Source: the human T2T-CHM13v2.0 reference genome, Homo sapiens | Assembly (NCBI RefSeq): GCF_009914755.1 | Contig: NC_060928.1 | Reading direction: 5' to 3' (one strand) | Length of the DNA stretch: 64,000 nt | In this document: positions 25,501 through 39,449 of the stretch, piece by piece | Position numbering within the stretch: position 1 is the first letter of the stretch | How the letters are laid out: each line of letters begins with the position of its first letter | Program-made: the position numbers and the translations under genes | Notes under the pieces: model-generated | Database searches by the model: none | Told to the model about the DNA's origin: nothing | The model's input: the letters and a program-made list of their open reading frames with translations, nothing else

Positions 25501-26127
25501 CAGGGTTTTTCTTTTTTATTAGGTGGAGGGGGGAGGGGGTTGGTTTTGTTGCTGATATTTCTAGTTCTGCATCCATTCCAGGTATGTGCCCATGCTTCAC
25601 AGAAGTTGTTTAACTAAGTTGATACATTTGGTGTCCATATTTGAGGCATGACCCTTTTCTTTGTAGTCTTCTGTGTCAGGGCCCTATTCCACGGCTGGAC
25701 ACTCACTACCAGACACCAGTCTAGCCTGTTGCCCACTGCCTGCTTATTCCTAGTCCCCAGACCTTGCGTTTTTGGTTAGCTATCCACCTGATAACACTAT
25801 GTCGGCTCCATGAGGACTTCTTGATTTTCTCCCAACATCAACTGCCACTGTTCTTCGGATACCAGGCTGATCCTCCTTGGCTCCCTGCATTTTCCTCAGT
25901 GGTTTGCCTGAGAGAAACATTATGTATGCCTGGTCTCTATTTTTTTTCCTCCCTTATTCAGACTGCTGGAGATATTAAAGGAAGCCAAGCGATTGTTCTC
26001 TGGAAATTCTTTGTAAAATTTTATAGGACTACTTTTGGAAATGTGTCTTGTTTAAGGTGAGTGACATGTTCTTCATAACCTTGCAGCTTTCCTGTAGACC
26101 CTGAAGCTGAGAGGCTCAGAAAGTAAA

Positions 26128-26154
26128 TGTGTGTGTCTGTGTGTGTGTGTGTGT
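26128..26154. repeat. (TG)n microsatellite
   Basis: Seen directly. Confidence 0.9.
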
Positions 26155-26539
26155 ATACACATGCATTTGTGTTGAGGTATCACACAAATGCTAAAAACAC
26201 ATGTCATTAGAGGGATACATTTCATTTTTGGTATAATGAGATACATTTGGGCCTGGAAATTAGACTTACCTACTTTTGAATCTAGTTTCTCCAGTTACTA
26301 AATATGTGATCTTGGGAAAAATTATAAGTTAAGTGCTAGAGTCAGAATTCCAACCAAAGTTTACCAGGCTCCCAAATCTATATTTTTCATAAAATGTGAC
26401 ATAAGACATTCTCTGGTCGAGTATATTCATTTAATATCACTGAAGAAAAGAGTGTTTATGGTTTTCTGACTTAGTGTCAAGCAGGAAAGGCAAATGGGCT
26501 TCATCTTACTTCAAGGTAAATGAATGAAGACTAAATGGT

Positions 26540-26630
26540 TGGACAAACTATTTAACATCTCTGAGCTTCAGTTGCTTCATTTGTAACTGTATGACCAAAA
26601 TTAGATCATGTATGTGAAAGATGCCTTTTG
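26540..26630 (+). mobile_element. MIR fragment
   Basis: TTGGACAAACTATTTAACATCTCTGAGCTTCAGTTGCTTCATTTGTAA. Confidence 0.7.
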
Positions 26631-27810
26631 GAAATGGCATTAATAGACCTCTTATTCTACCTTCTCTTCATCCTAAGAAACTGAGTGTAGTAACCACTAC
26701 TGAGTGTAGTAAAGAAGAAGTAACCATTACTTCTTTAAGTAATGGTTATCATTAATTTTTCTTGAAAATATATTGTCAAGATGGTAAACTCGATGGAAAG
26801 TGATAATATGAGTCAGTATTGGGATATATTTACCTAGAAATTATAATTTACATTCATTTACTCCTAAAACCTAATGCACATATACACACAAAATCAACTC
26901 ACATATCATGGCTACATAGAAGTAATGAAACTCAGTGGCTTTTTTCAAAGATAACGCTAGCTATAACTTAGGAAAATAGATTTTTCAATGGAAAGCAATA
27001 GATAAAATATGTAGAAGGTACCATTTAATGTTCTGTGCTATCTTATGTTATTAACCTCAACAAAGCACCTAAAAACAGTATTTTCTTATGTAAGAAGGAT
27101 TGTAATATAAGCATTTCTATTTATGTCTAGCAATCTGAGTGTTTTTGTACCATTTTAATGTTTTATATTTAAGAGACTATGACAAAATATAGAATATCAT
27201 GCTGAAGCACTAGTTACCAAGCTACAGAAACACATCGGATTCAATGAAGTCCCTTTGTTTATATGTAGATATATACAGATTCATGTAGTATAGGATTTAG
27301 CAATGTGCCTAAGTCAAGAAAGCAAAAGGCAGTGGGGGATTAGAGGATAGGGAAACAATTATTCTAGATCTGAGATAGTATCCCAGGCAATTAATGGCTT
27401 CAGATATGTCAGAGGATAATGTGTCCTTCAGCAATACTATTTCATCTAATCAGCCAGAATCCTAAACTATCTCTTGAGACTACTTGAAGTAGTCTTGAGT
27501 TATTAATATGTTAACCAAAATGGTGGCAGAGTAGAAAATCTCTTGGTGATGAAATCAAATGGCCCTACTTGACGTTCATTATTGAATCATAATGGTCCTT
27601 CTGAAAAATCCCTGAAGGAGGAAGGACTTTAAAACTTTGCACATGAGCCTCTTATTTAATAATATTGTGCCCTCCAAATTTCAATACTTTCCTGACAGAA
27701 TTCCAGCATTATTGGCCTCGGATGAGATGGGGGTTAAGGTTAAGCAATTGGTAGAAATTGATGTGGAGCTGTCAGAACCAGAACTCAAACTCAGGTCTAT
27801 CAAGCACAGG

Positions 27811-27834
27811 AAAAAAAAAAAAAAAAAAAAAAAA
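27811..27834 (+). repeat. poly(A)24
   Basis: Seen directly; follows an antisense MIR fragment. Confidence 0.95.
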
Positions 27835-28140
27835 GAAGGCTCTGTTTGAGAATTTGATTCGGCTTCACTGAACAGCAGAGAATTCCTTGTCTGTGCTCCC
27901 AGTGTTTATCGGAGATGGTAAATGGGTTTCATTCTACCTGCTGCTTCATAAAGATTGATTGGTAATGGCTTTCTGGAGTGCTACCTTGAGAAGGGCTTTA
28001 CGGTAGATCCATGTTATTGAGAAAGTGACATGATTGATTAGAGACACCTGCTTTGGAATGTGAGGGGGATGGGTGCTTGCCAGTATTTGCCATTTCTGGC
28101 TTAGAAAGTGAGAAATGGGGAAGAATTTCTAAAAGAAAAA

Positions 28141-28352
28141 ACTAGGCCTTTGGAGTCAGAGAGACATAAATTTGAATCCTGATCCATCCCTCTTAACTGT
28201 GTGACCTTGTGGGAAACTAACTTTACCTAGTGTTAATTTATTCTCTAAAATGTGCTACCAATCTCCCAGTCTATTTCCAAGATATGAGGAATCAAATGTC
28301 TAGGAGAGTGTGCGGTGAGTATTAGATATTTAGGAAATGCTATTTCTCTTCC
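28141..28352 (+). mobile_element. MIR SINE
   Basis: TTTGGAGTCAGA...TTTGAATCCTG...AACTGTGTGACCTTG. Confidence 0.75.
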
Positions 28353-29177
28353 ATTTACCATTTATCAAGTCTTCTAGGTGTAGCCACAAGACTCTTCCTA
28401 CGATGGGCCTCTGGCCTATACTCAGCAATGCCCACCAGGATAATTTGGGAACACAGGGTTATAAGTTGAGCCAGAAGCTAGACATAGTCAGTGTTTTAAC
28501 GTAGCAACCCTATTAGATCCTAGGAGGATTCATTCAAGTTTTATATATTTATTTTTATTTTTAATCAAACATGTTAGGGTATCACTAAGAGGTGGCATAT
28601 TTTCTGGAATATGGGAAGTCATTTGAAGCTATTTGTTCTCTTGTATTTATTGCTCTGTCACAGCATGCCTAAGATTTTCAGGACAGAAGTCAAGTGTAAA
28701 TGATGATATATTTTGCTCTTCTATTAGCATCCCTTTTTTTTCTGCTTAAAGTTAAAAGTCACTTTGGATGTAAAAATGTAACTACCACATCAGCCAGGAT
28801 TTTTTTAAAGCCATTGTGTACTCCAAAGTCTATTTTCCCTCTGAGTAGATATGGAAGAATGAGCTCCTAAGAGACTAGCCTAATCAAATTTAAAAGCAAA
28901 TGTAAATTTAAATCAACCATGCAGCCCTGCTGTGTGGCAATTAACATTTCAAGGTAAAATGAAATGTGATGATAGTAAATACCAGTTCTACGCAGAATCG
29001 GAAACATTCTGTTCCATGGTATATTTGGGCAGAGAATGGAAAGTTGAAAGGAAAACCATTATTAACACACCAACTTTGACATTTCAAGATATAATTCAAA
29101 CTTGATTAGAACTTCCACTAAAAATAAAGTCTTCTATTAAAAAAATCACAGTTTCCCCCACCTCATAGGCTACATCA

Positions 29178-29346
29178 CAGCCTCTCAACCTTGGCACTCT
29201 GGACATTTTGGACTATCTAATTCTTAGGGGCTTTCTTGTGCATTGTGGGACGTTTAACTGCATCCCTGGCCCTACATACTAGATGCCAGTAGTAACTCAC
29301 CTTCTTCCATCATTGACAGCTATGAAAATCAAAAATGTCTCCATAT
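29178..29346 (-). mobile_element. MER20 fossil, partial
   Basis: CTCAACCTTGGCACT...GACATTTTGG...GCATCCCTGGCC...ACTAGATGCCAGTAG...CAAAAATGTCTCCA. Confidence 0.85.
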
Positions 29347-32300
29347 AATACTGATTGAAGAATTTAGGGAACTGGGTTACTACTCACTAGGCTTACCAGT
29401 CCCTAACTGTGTGTTTTGTTTGTTTGTTTGTTTTGGGTTTTTTGTGGTTTCTTATTCCTCCCGTATCATATTTCAACTTAAATATATGAGGATTTATAGT
29501 AGTTTTATTAAGCTCTAAAATGATCTGGTTGAATCTTCCTATTACTTTTTTAAAGGGAAAAAACACTATTTCAGAGACAGAAAGTCCTCGAGGGATGGTC
29601 TTTGGGGGATAAGCAGAAGGAAGTATGATATGAAAAAAGGGTTTAAAATTGTTTGCAGCAAAAGCAAAACTACCAGAGCCATGCATATTTTTTATAAGTG
29701 TCATCCAAGAGTCGGAATTTTTACAGTTGTTGTTGGTTACCATGGATATTAGTTTGAAGGACTTGGAAAAGTGGAAGAGGAGGGTTGTGGGTAGTGGGAT
29801 GATGGCCATAATACATTTCCTAGGAGTGTTCAAGAAGTAAAATTTACGTTCTATGTAATTTGTATAATTTTTCTGAAAAGAAAAACTTTTCAGGTAAAAC
29901 AGGTATTATTATTTATACCTTACTGATCAGGAGCTGTATAGTTCTGAGTTAAGTGACTCACCTAAAATTATGATCTAGCAATTACGTTGGCTCAAGCTTC
30001 TTTTCTTCTACTTAGAAAGTGGAGGAAAGCATTTGCCTTCTGAAGGCGGAAGGCTCATTGCTAATTTTCAGTGTTCACAAAATCTGCTGCTGTGGTATTT
30101 CTGGGGCTTCTGACAAGGACAGGAAGCCACACATTGGTGAAGCATCCATGCATTGGCAGCACTATTGCTGGATAATGGAGATTCTAATTTAATCAGCCTG
30201 AGTTAGGGAAAGCACAATACAAATGAACACTTTGTAAAGATGCTTGATTTGTCATGATCAGAACAGAATATCCAGGTAGACCTGGTGCTTCTTCCTTTAT
30301 TGTGTTTGTTCATCCTGGTCCTTTTCTAAGACATCAGTTGCTCATTGCCCCTTTCCCCAGATCATCTGATGTGATTGTGACATGTACACTTGGTGTGATT
30401 GTGATTAACAATAGCTGGCCAGTGGGCACTGCTGCTGTTTGCGGCAAACTCATCCTTTCTTCCTGATGAGAAATCACTTTTATTGGACGTTATCCTTAAT
30501 CACCAGTCAAATGAGCCTCTCTTGAAATCTGGCTTCTCTGTAACCTGCTGCTACCACATTTACTCTATTGGCATCAAACAGGGTCGTATATCAATGCAAG
30601 TTAATTTCTTGAAATCTGTTAAAGAGGATGATCTTTTGCTCTGTAGCATGCAGATTATGTTGGTAAACTTAGTAATACATAGTAATACATTGGAGTTAGC
30701 ACAGGAATAGGGCAATTCTGTTCTTTTTCTTGTTGCAAAGCTAGGGGACAGGTAATTTATTATACACGTATTCACCCTGAATAGGTCAGAACCATGAAAT
30801 TTAAGAATCCTTCATTGGAGGCTATCAAGTCATTGGGGAGATTAAATCTACATTGTACTTTAATCTGCCGGATGGCCATTGCCATCAGTAAAATGTCGGA
30901 TCTGTCGGCATTGTTAATGTAAGGGGCACCGTCTGGGTAATCATCAACTGAATGCAGTGACAAGTAATTTTATTGAAGTACCAAGTAAGAACTTAACCCT
31001 CTTGATTTTTTTCCCTTGAACCCATTTTCTTACTTTTGATGGAATGAGGACATTTTTAGAAAATACAGTGAGTTCTATGTCAGTTTTAAACAAAATGTTT
31101 CTCACCCTTACACCTAAATTTAGTTCATCTGAGAGGATATGCCAAGAAGAAAAGAAGAATTAACAGATTACCAAAAAAAAAAGTAATTTTACAAAATTTA
31201 AAGCACTCTCTTTTTCTATCTTTGCTAAGTCACTATTTTTATAGTAATCCTTTGGAGTATTTACATTTTGCTTCTGAACAGAGAGACAAATTCTTCTCCC
31301 ACCACGTATGTACTGGAGTCGTATTAATCCTTGATATTGCTGGAACTAACTTTTCATAATAGAATATGTTCTCTTTCCCTTTTAGACTGAGAATTTAGTA
31401 GGTAAAAGAAGAAATACAGATTAAACTTTGAGCTTCTTAAATAATTCAAGATGATAGGATTTTACAAAAGCTTAGAAGTCAGATATTAAAAATGGAATCT
31501 GTATTCTGCAGTTGTTGTATACCAGTATAAGCTTGATCACAAATTTTTCTGTTTATAAAATATAAAATCACAATTTGATACATACGTGTATAGGCACTCT
31601 ATTCATGCTTAGGAAAATATAACTGTGAAGTGAATTGTAAGTAATTTTGTAAGTACTTACTATACTGATATCAGAAAAAAAAAAAAAAATATATATATAT
31701 ATACATGCTTTAAACAAGTGTAAGCCAGAACTAAAAGTTATTCAAATAAGATTGCAAACAGAGGTGTACATATATGCAACCAACTAAAAATATGAATTTA
31801 TTGACTTTCAAAATTCACATTTTTACTGTCAAAAAGAAATATAGATTTACTTTCTGAAACCTAATTGTGAAATTGTACACTGAACCCTTCAAATAATTTT
31901 GGAAGCTTTTTTCTTTTTTTTTTAATCTTCAAATGACTCTACTTTGTCAGGCATTTCGGTTATGAGAGAACAGTGGTAGTGGTGGTGACTCAACGTGGAG
32001 GTTGAAATAGAGATGTAATTAAATACATTCTGAAATTAGAAAACAAGGTTAACGATGATATTTGAATGAAATCTTTTCAAACCCACTGTCAAAACACAAC
32101 TTCTTTTCCACTCTTGTTTGAATCTCATGGCAACCTTGCTACCTTTTACAGTGACTTCTCTTCTGGGGTGTGTTTTCTGAATGCCTTTCATTTAATAGGC
32201 ATATTTTAGAAACCTAATTTCTCTGTCTGCGTCACATCAGCAATGCTGTAGAAACCTAACCATTTTAGACTGTCTGGATGCTGTTCTTATCAAGTCATTA

Positions 32301-32899
32301 ACATTATTATTGAGGGTGACATAGAGAAGTTAACTCCCCTCACTCGGAGCATCTTATTTGTTAAAGACCACAGCCCTTTAACCTTTATAAAGGATGTGGT
32401 TTCAGCAAGTTAACTTTTAATGTGGAGCTGTTTTCCATTATAATTTCAATTTATGTCTGTCTGCAGAACTTCCTGCAAATCTTACAAGACTTTTTGTGTA
32501 AGTAAAGCTCGTCTGGGTTGTGCATAGGTGTGTTCTGAGGATCTTAGTTCTTGGAATGTTAGAATTGGAGCCCAGACTCCTCATTTTAGGGATGAGAGAA
32601 TTGAAACTCAGGTTGTCCTGCCAAGGAGCATCAATACAACAAGGTCTATTATGAGTATCCTGACAGTTCATTAAGTGTGTTTTCCTCTACCTCATACTGA
32701 CCTTTTGCACCAGTTCTATCTTGGTTAAAACTGTATTTTGAGACCCTGAAAACAGGTAATTTATATTAGCCTTTTTTGTTCTGGATCGTTTCTCCTTTGT
32801 TTATGTTGAATCAAAGTGCAGATCCCAGTCTTCTGCCTTGTGCTACAATTCATTTTAACAGAACTCTTCACATAAACAATGCAGTTCATTGGAAAAGTA

Positions 32900-33460
32900 G
32901 TAATATTGCTTTTGTAAAAATGATATATGCTTTGTGCACAAATTTAAGATAACACAGAATTAAGTAAAGAATAAAAATAAGCAGAAACTATACCAACCAC
33001 TTAAACTCATAGTTAATATTTTGGCAAATTTATATCCAAGTATATCTCTGTGCAAAAATTGTTTCTTGATACACATATGAACTTTTGCCTACATTGATTC
33101 ATATGGCCATACATCACCAGTAATGCTTCAAGTTGCCATTCCTTCTATCAAAGCTAATACAGACTTTTGCCAGTCTTTTTATACTCTTCCCATTCTGATA
33201 TACGTTGAAAAAGTCTCTTTTTTTTCTTTATCACTAATTCAGCAGAAGCCTTTAAATTACCTTTTTGTGTCTTTTGTTCTCATTTGTGTTGAGACAACCA
33301 TGTTGTTTCTTCTTTCCATCCTTACGGATTTGTGAAATCTCTTTATCTATTTGGGTATTCACTGTGACATTTTACAAATAATTTTCTGTTTTATTTCCAA
33401 CTTGCTATGTCTTTTTTGTTGTTTTTGTTTATTTTGTTTTGCTAGCATAAGTTTTTCTTT
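32900..33460 (-). mobile_element. ancient L1M (L1ME-like) 3' fragment
   Basis: Degenerate antisense L1M 3' features: GTTAATATTTTGG, CATCACCAGTAATG, CCCATTCTGATA, TTTGTGAAATCTCTTTAT. Confidence 0.5.
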
Positions 33461-34373
33461 GTAGTGAGGATAAACTTATTCTAACCGGTGCAAGTAATTA
33501 AGTAAATTTATCACTGAAGTTATATTCAGAGGTAGGCCTATAGCTAGGCACATTAATAGGATAAAATACCACAATTATTTTAGAAATACCTTTCTGCACA
33601 TATAAGTTATATTGCTAATACATCTCTGTAGCAAAGAGAGAGTCTGTTGGTAGGCAAGAGTAGCAAAAGCCTGTGTATACATAAGCAGGTTAATGAGCTG
33701 TTTACTGATTTCCTACCATTGGGTTAGCATCCCTTGAGCATTTAGTTCTTCATCTTGTTATCATGCTGAGATTCCACATGAAGTCTTTTTTTTTTAAACT
33801 TAAGTGTGTCCTGTGTGAGAATAGTTTCTGAGATGAATATATTGAGTTTCTGTTTTGAATTATTCTAACATGCCACATGCTATTTTATCATTTGGTAGTG
33901 GAAATAACAATCAGTTACCTTCAGGAATTCTGCATTGTTTGACAGATTGTGGCCACACATATGTTTGGCCAATAGTGTTACTCTTCTCTAGCTTTCATCC
34001 TGAGCACTACAGCTTATAGCTACAGTATCCTGCAAACAGCCTTTCCTTTTTTCTCCCTTCTCTCTTTGTTCTTAACTATTGCTACTCTTATTGTTGTAGT
34101 GAAGTTGTTCATTTTGTTTTTGTTATATTGTAGTGCATACTCATTTTTAGGACAAAGTGCCTATCTAAAACTGTGGTTTTCATCCTGGGCTTTTTCCTAG
34201 GTGAAAAGGACATTAAGGGTCAATATATGATAACCACACAGCATTTTAAATCGTTTATCAATTTTTAGGTATAATTAGGAGAGCACACTGACATCAGATT
34301 AGGTCAATAATCTGTCCTAATACTTGTATACTGCCCTCTGAGTGTGTGATATTTTGAAAACAATAGCTATTAA

Positions 34374-34733
<360 letters not shown>

Positions 34734-35021
34734 TAGAAGGCAAAATTGTCTTAGTTGAGAAAGGTAAGAATTTAGCTGATTGGAAGGAAACTAAAAGCCA
34801 ACAGGACTTTGCTTCTGGTAGATACAGGAAAGTGTAAAGACTGAGTGAAGCACATTAGGAAGTAAGAGAAAGAAGTCTCTCAACGAATTGGTACCTTGAA
34901 CAGAAGTTCAGAAGAAAAATCAATAAAAGTAAACTTTTCATGAAAATGTGACTGAGGCTGGGAATCTTTCAGGTTTCATTGGTGGGGAAATTCCAAAAGT
35001 AGTGAAAAAATGAGAATCAGT

Positions 35022-35228
35022 CTTTGTTAGAGCACCTACCGTGTGTTCGATTCTTTTCAAACACAAACATCAGTAAGGCATTCAATTCTCAAACCTCTGA
35101 AGGGTGGCTCTCATTATTCCCATTCTACAGATGGGAAAATTTAAGGTACAAAGAAGTTAAATACTTTGCAGTGTGTTTGCTAAGTAATGGAGCACCAGGT
35201 CTCTCTCTGCCTTCAAAATCATGACCTC
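35022..35228 (-). mobile_element. MIR SINE
   Basis: GAGCACCTACCGTGTG...ATTATTCCCATTCTACAGATGGGAAAA. Confidence 0.8.
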
Positions 35229-36996
35229 TCTCTCTCCAGGGAGGGTCTAAAAAGGAGAGTTTCCTAAGGGGATAAAAGAATTCAGTGAACTCTCTGATTG
35301 TCAAAAAAGACACCACTGAATTAGAAAAAGTCACTTTGTACTGCTCTGAGGAAGTAGAGCAGAGAGGACATTGGCAAGTGTAAATGAATAATTAAGTCTT
35401 TTTTTTTTTGGTTTCTTTGTTTTAGCATCAGCCATATTTTCAAATTGGAAAGCTTTAGGATTTCTTAATTATGGATTGTCTATTCATTTTACTTTTCAAC
35501 TTGTGCATCATGTCTTACATATTTCGGCAGCCTATATGAACAAGGACATACCTTTCTGAGGTTCTGCTTATCTGCCCAGGATCTTCTCTTCCCACATGAT
35601 TACCCTCTTGCCAATCTTGCCCCAAGACGAAAAACAGCGTCATCTGCCTTTTATAATGTTCAAATTTTGAGGTGATATAATCTGTATTAAAATTTTTATG
35701 TAAAAATTAATGTGAAGGTACTAGGATTGTATTTTTGTTAATCTTTCCAAATTTAACATGTGACTCTTCTAAAGAGTATGCAGGCTTATTTCAGTTTTGG
35801 TAATTGGGTTTAAGGCTCAAGGAGGAAGGAAAACATCTTATAGTTATCTTTGAATCTCTAGTACCCAGTATGCTGTCATCTGCTTTTGAATTGAATTTTT
35901 TAACTGCTGTTTACATAGGACACTTTTCCATATCAAAATCATTTTTAAAACTATTTTTGGATCTATATATTTTATAATACATTAAAAAGAGTTTGCATGG
36001 ACATTTGCAGTTTATGCAGGAAGATCTTAGCTACTTGGCAATTAAGAAAAGATGATTGCAGAAGGGAGCATGTGCGCAAGAGAGAAATGTTCTTGGGTTG
36101 TTTGCTGAATCAGCTGTATTACATGACAGCCCCACCTTATACACTAGAAGTACTGTTCTTTGTATGTGAGGATGATGCCTCCAACGATTCAACATCAGCA
36201 TTACAGGATCTTGAGTTGTTTTTCCGGTAGAGGTAATTACTTTCTCTGATTCACCCCCACTCTCTTGCTTCTGATTCCTAGTGACATACTGCATGCAGGT
36301 ATAACATGATTAACCAGGGTGATATTTGTATTTTCTTAACAGTGGATCTGAGCAACTAAATGCATGTATGCTTGTCTGCATGTTATAGTAACCACATGAG
36401 TGAAATAGTTATATGCACAATGTAGTTGAAAAAGCAACACAATAACAAAGAAATGACCTCCTTAATTGTTATTCATTATTTTCTGCTGTGTATCCCTTAT
36501 TTCAACACTTGTGAATTGAGGGATTTAGGATAGATAATTTTTAACTATTCTGAAGTTCTAAAATTTATGATTACTAAATTCAGTATAGTTAAAGTAATGG
36601 GATTAATTTCCACACACAAATTTCTAGTGTAGTACTATATTACTTAATGTTTTCTTAGGAAGCTTTGCTTTTGTTGTTGCTCTTTTTGAGACTATAAACC
36701 CAATGCTTTTACCTTCATATACAGGTACATATCAAAGTAACATTCAATGAATTATTTGTAGTTGGTATATGTTCAATGGTATAAAATCATATTTTGGTCA
36801 GACAGAGGTTGTATATAAGCTACTTAGAAGTAGAGCACCTTGTTAGCCTTTTATTTGACTTTGTTCCCCCCAGGTTAAATTTCTGGTTCATTTTGGCCCT
36901 CATTAGTTTCAAATTATAAGCTAGGTATAAATTCTATACATGGGAAAATATAATCCTACTTAGGGCATGTTAAGAAGTCTGGCTTATCTATTAGTA

Positions 36997-37130
36997 AAGC
37001 TGAAAGGGACTACAGAAATGATATACTTTAAGTCCTCACTTTATGGTTGAAGAAACTGAGGTCAAGATCAAGGTTGTATCACTAGCTTCCAAAATCCTCT
37101 GAATTCTGGTTCTTGGTCTTCCAGCTTACC
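36997..37130 (-). mobile_element. MIR3-like fragment
   Basis: AGCTGAAAGGGAC...CCTCACTTTATGGTTGAAGAAACTGAGG. Confidence 0.6.
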
Positions 37131-38284
37131 CATGATATATTTCCTTAAACTGGAATATAAACGATAATAAGGTGTTGATAATGATTAGAATACAAACCAA
37201 GTGGAAAAATTCACAGTGGTGATGAAAACCAAAAATTGTTTGGTGCTCTCCAGGAATTTCAGAGAGGGATGCCAACAGTGTGAAATTCTCTGTAGCTAAC
37301 ATATTTCCTTTACAGGAAGCAGAATTGTCAGAATCACATTATTCTCTCCACAGAAAACTCTCTTGCCATTAGCTGTCTACATCCACAATGTAGAACATCA
37401 TGCTGAGAACTTGGGGAATCCCTATTCATATATGCAGAGGTTTGTGTTCCAATGACTTGGCTATTGTGAAATGTAGAAATTTGTTTCTAAATTGGAAGTG
37501 TGTACATAGTGAGATATTACGGAATTACATTTAAGAAGTGATAACATATTCTATCCAGTGTTTTTACCAAGATAATATCTTATGCCAATTGCAAATATCC
37601 TTTTAGGGTTTGTCGCCTATGCTGTCTTCCATTGCTGCAGATTTTAAATAAATGCACAGAAGAATTTTGCTTTTTGCTTTCTTTTCTTAGTAGCTTCTCT
37701 CAGTTCAACAACAAAAGGGTCATAAGTGAGACCAAGTGGAGCATCACTTGATTTAGTCTTTCTTACTTGAAATGAAAATATTTTTTCTCTTGACATTCTG
37801 AAGTCTGCAGCACTACATTATTAAAGGGTTACTATAGTACCATGAGACTGATTTAGTGTCGCCCTGAACCACATGATTATGGAAACATAGTTCTGATTAT
37901 GAGAATGTATTGCCAAAAGTGATTTAAAGGAATTAAAAAAAAAAGATTTTCCAACTGTATACAACAGATAAGTACTAAAGTAAATTCTCTCATTTTTATG
38001 AAAGGAGTTTTATGTCTGGACAGCTTTGGCATTACCAATAAATGTGTTCCCTTTGCAATTTCAAAGCACTCCAAATTCGTATGTGTTCCGGGATCAGAGT
38101 ACCACTAAGGGAAATTGGATTTTTGCCTGGTGGTTATGGAATAACTTCCCTTTGCTTGAAAATATTATGGAATGAAGAAGATATTGTATTGGTTTCCTGC
38201 CCAGAAAATGATGCCTCATTTCCTGATTATGCAGTTAGCTATTCTTTCTTCTGTAATCTCAAACCACTGAATGTGGCTATAATA

Positions 38285-38488
38285 TAGTTGTTCTCAACCA
38301 GTGGTGATTTTGCCTCCAGGGAAACATTTGGTGATGTCTGGAGATGTTTTTGGTTGTCACATGGAGGGTGGCATCTAGTGGGTGGAGGGTATGGATTCTG
38401 CTAAGCATTCTACAACACAGAAGCTAGGTCCCTACAACAAATGATCGTCACGCACAAATGTCAATAGTGTTGAGGCCGAGAAATCCTG
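38285..38488 (+). mobile_element. MER20 fossil, near full length
   Basis: TAGTTGTTCTCAACC...GATTTTGCC...ACATTTGG...GGCATCTAGTGGGT...AAATGTCAATAGTG...GAGAAATCCTG. Confidence 0.9.
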
Positions 38489-39134
38489 ATTTAATGTTTA
38501 TTGCTTTACGTATGTCTAACCTCTGGCTTATTAGGTTTTTCCAGGGCAAGAATTAGCCTTCTGCCTCCTGACGTATCTTACAGCATAAAAGCTGTTCCAT
38601 AAATATGGAAAGAGGAAAGACTCTCAAATGTGTCTGACTAGGATTGTTAACTTCTTATACTTCTCCATATACTCATTGGTGAGGTTGGAAATCATTATTT
38701 AAACTTTTGTATTGAAGTTTGGCACACACAAAAATTTCATCCACACAAAAAATTCTGCATTTTATTTCAGAATGCTTGTGGGTTTTTTCCAACCCCCAAG
38801 AGAATAAATTTCATAATTGTGTATTCTGTGCAGAAATATCAACATAAATGTGCTTTCCTGAAGCATACATCTGCTGTCAGTGAGGCTGACTGTAACTCAG
38901 ACATATGCTGGGTGGCAGCAGATAAGTTTGGAATTAGTTGTGATAGGTTATTCACAAAATAGCTAGAGCGCATGACAGTAATCAAGAATTCACTGTAATT
39001 ACTTTAATCTGTGATTGGCTCAATACAGTGCACAAAAGACTGGCAGAGGAATTCTGCAACCAGAGAGGAAGTTGGTTAATTATTCCAAGACCATCTCTTT
39101 TTTTTTGTATTGATTTTTCAATTGTATGACCTTT

Positions 39135-39295
39135 TCATTCATTTATATGTTTATTCATTCAGTAGAATGTGTTAATTACACTAGGAGCAATTAATTACAC
39201 TAGAAAGAAAAAACAGCACAATAACATGTCTCCTGACCTCTCAGTACATCCCGAATATGAGACAGACATGTAAACAAACCCATAATAGCAATATT
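39135..39295 (-). mobile_element. L2 LINE 3' end
   Basis: TTCATTCATT...ATTCATTCA...CTCCTGACCTC...GAGACAGACATGTAAACAAA. Confidence 0.65.
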
Positions 39296-39412
39296 AATTG
39301 TATTCCTTCCTTGAAAAAATAGGGAATTTATAGACTCAAATTTAATAAGCAGTTATTATGAGAAAGTCCTTAAGTCCTTCAATTTTTATCTTAGAAAGAA
39401 AAATTATTGGAG

Positions 39413-39413
<1 letters not shown>

Positions 39414-39448
<35 letters not shown>
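39414..39448. repeat. (AC)17 microsatellite
   Basis: Seen directly. Confidence 0.95.

Positions 39449-39449
<1 letters not shown>

Noticed and set aside
29393-29833. 146-aa minus-strand ORF
   Set aside because: No recognisable domain, includes a (TTTG)n repeat, no splice context
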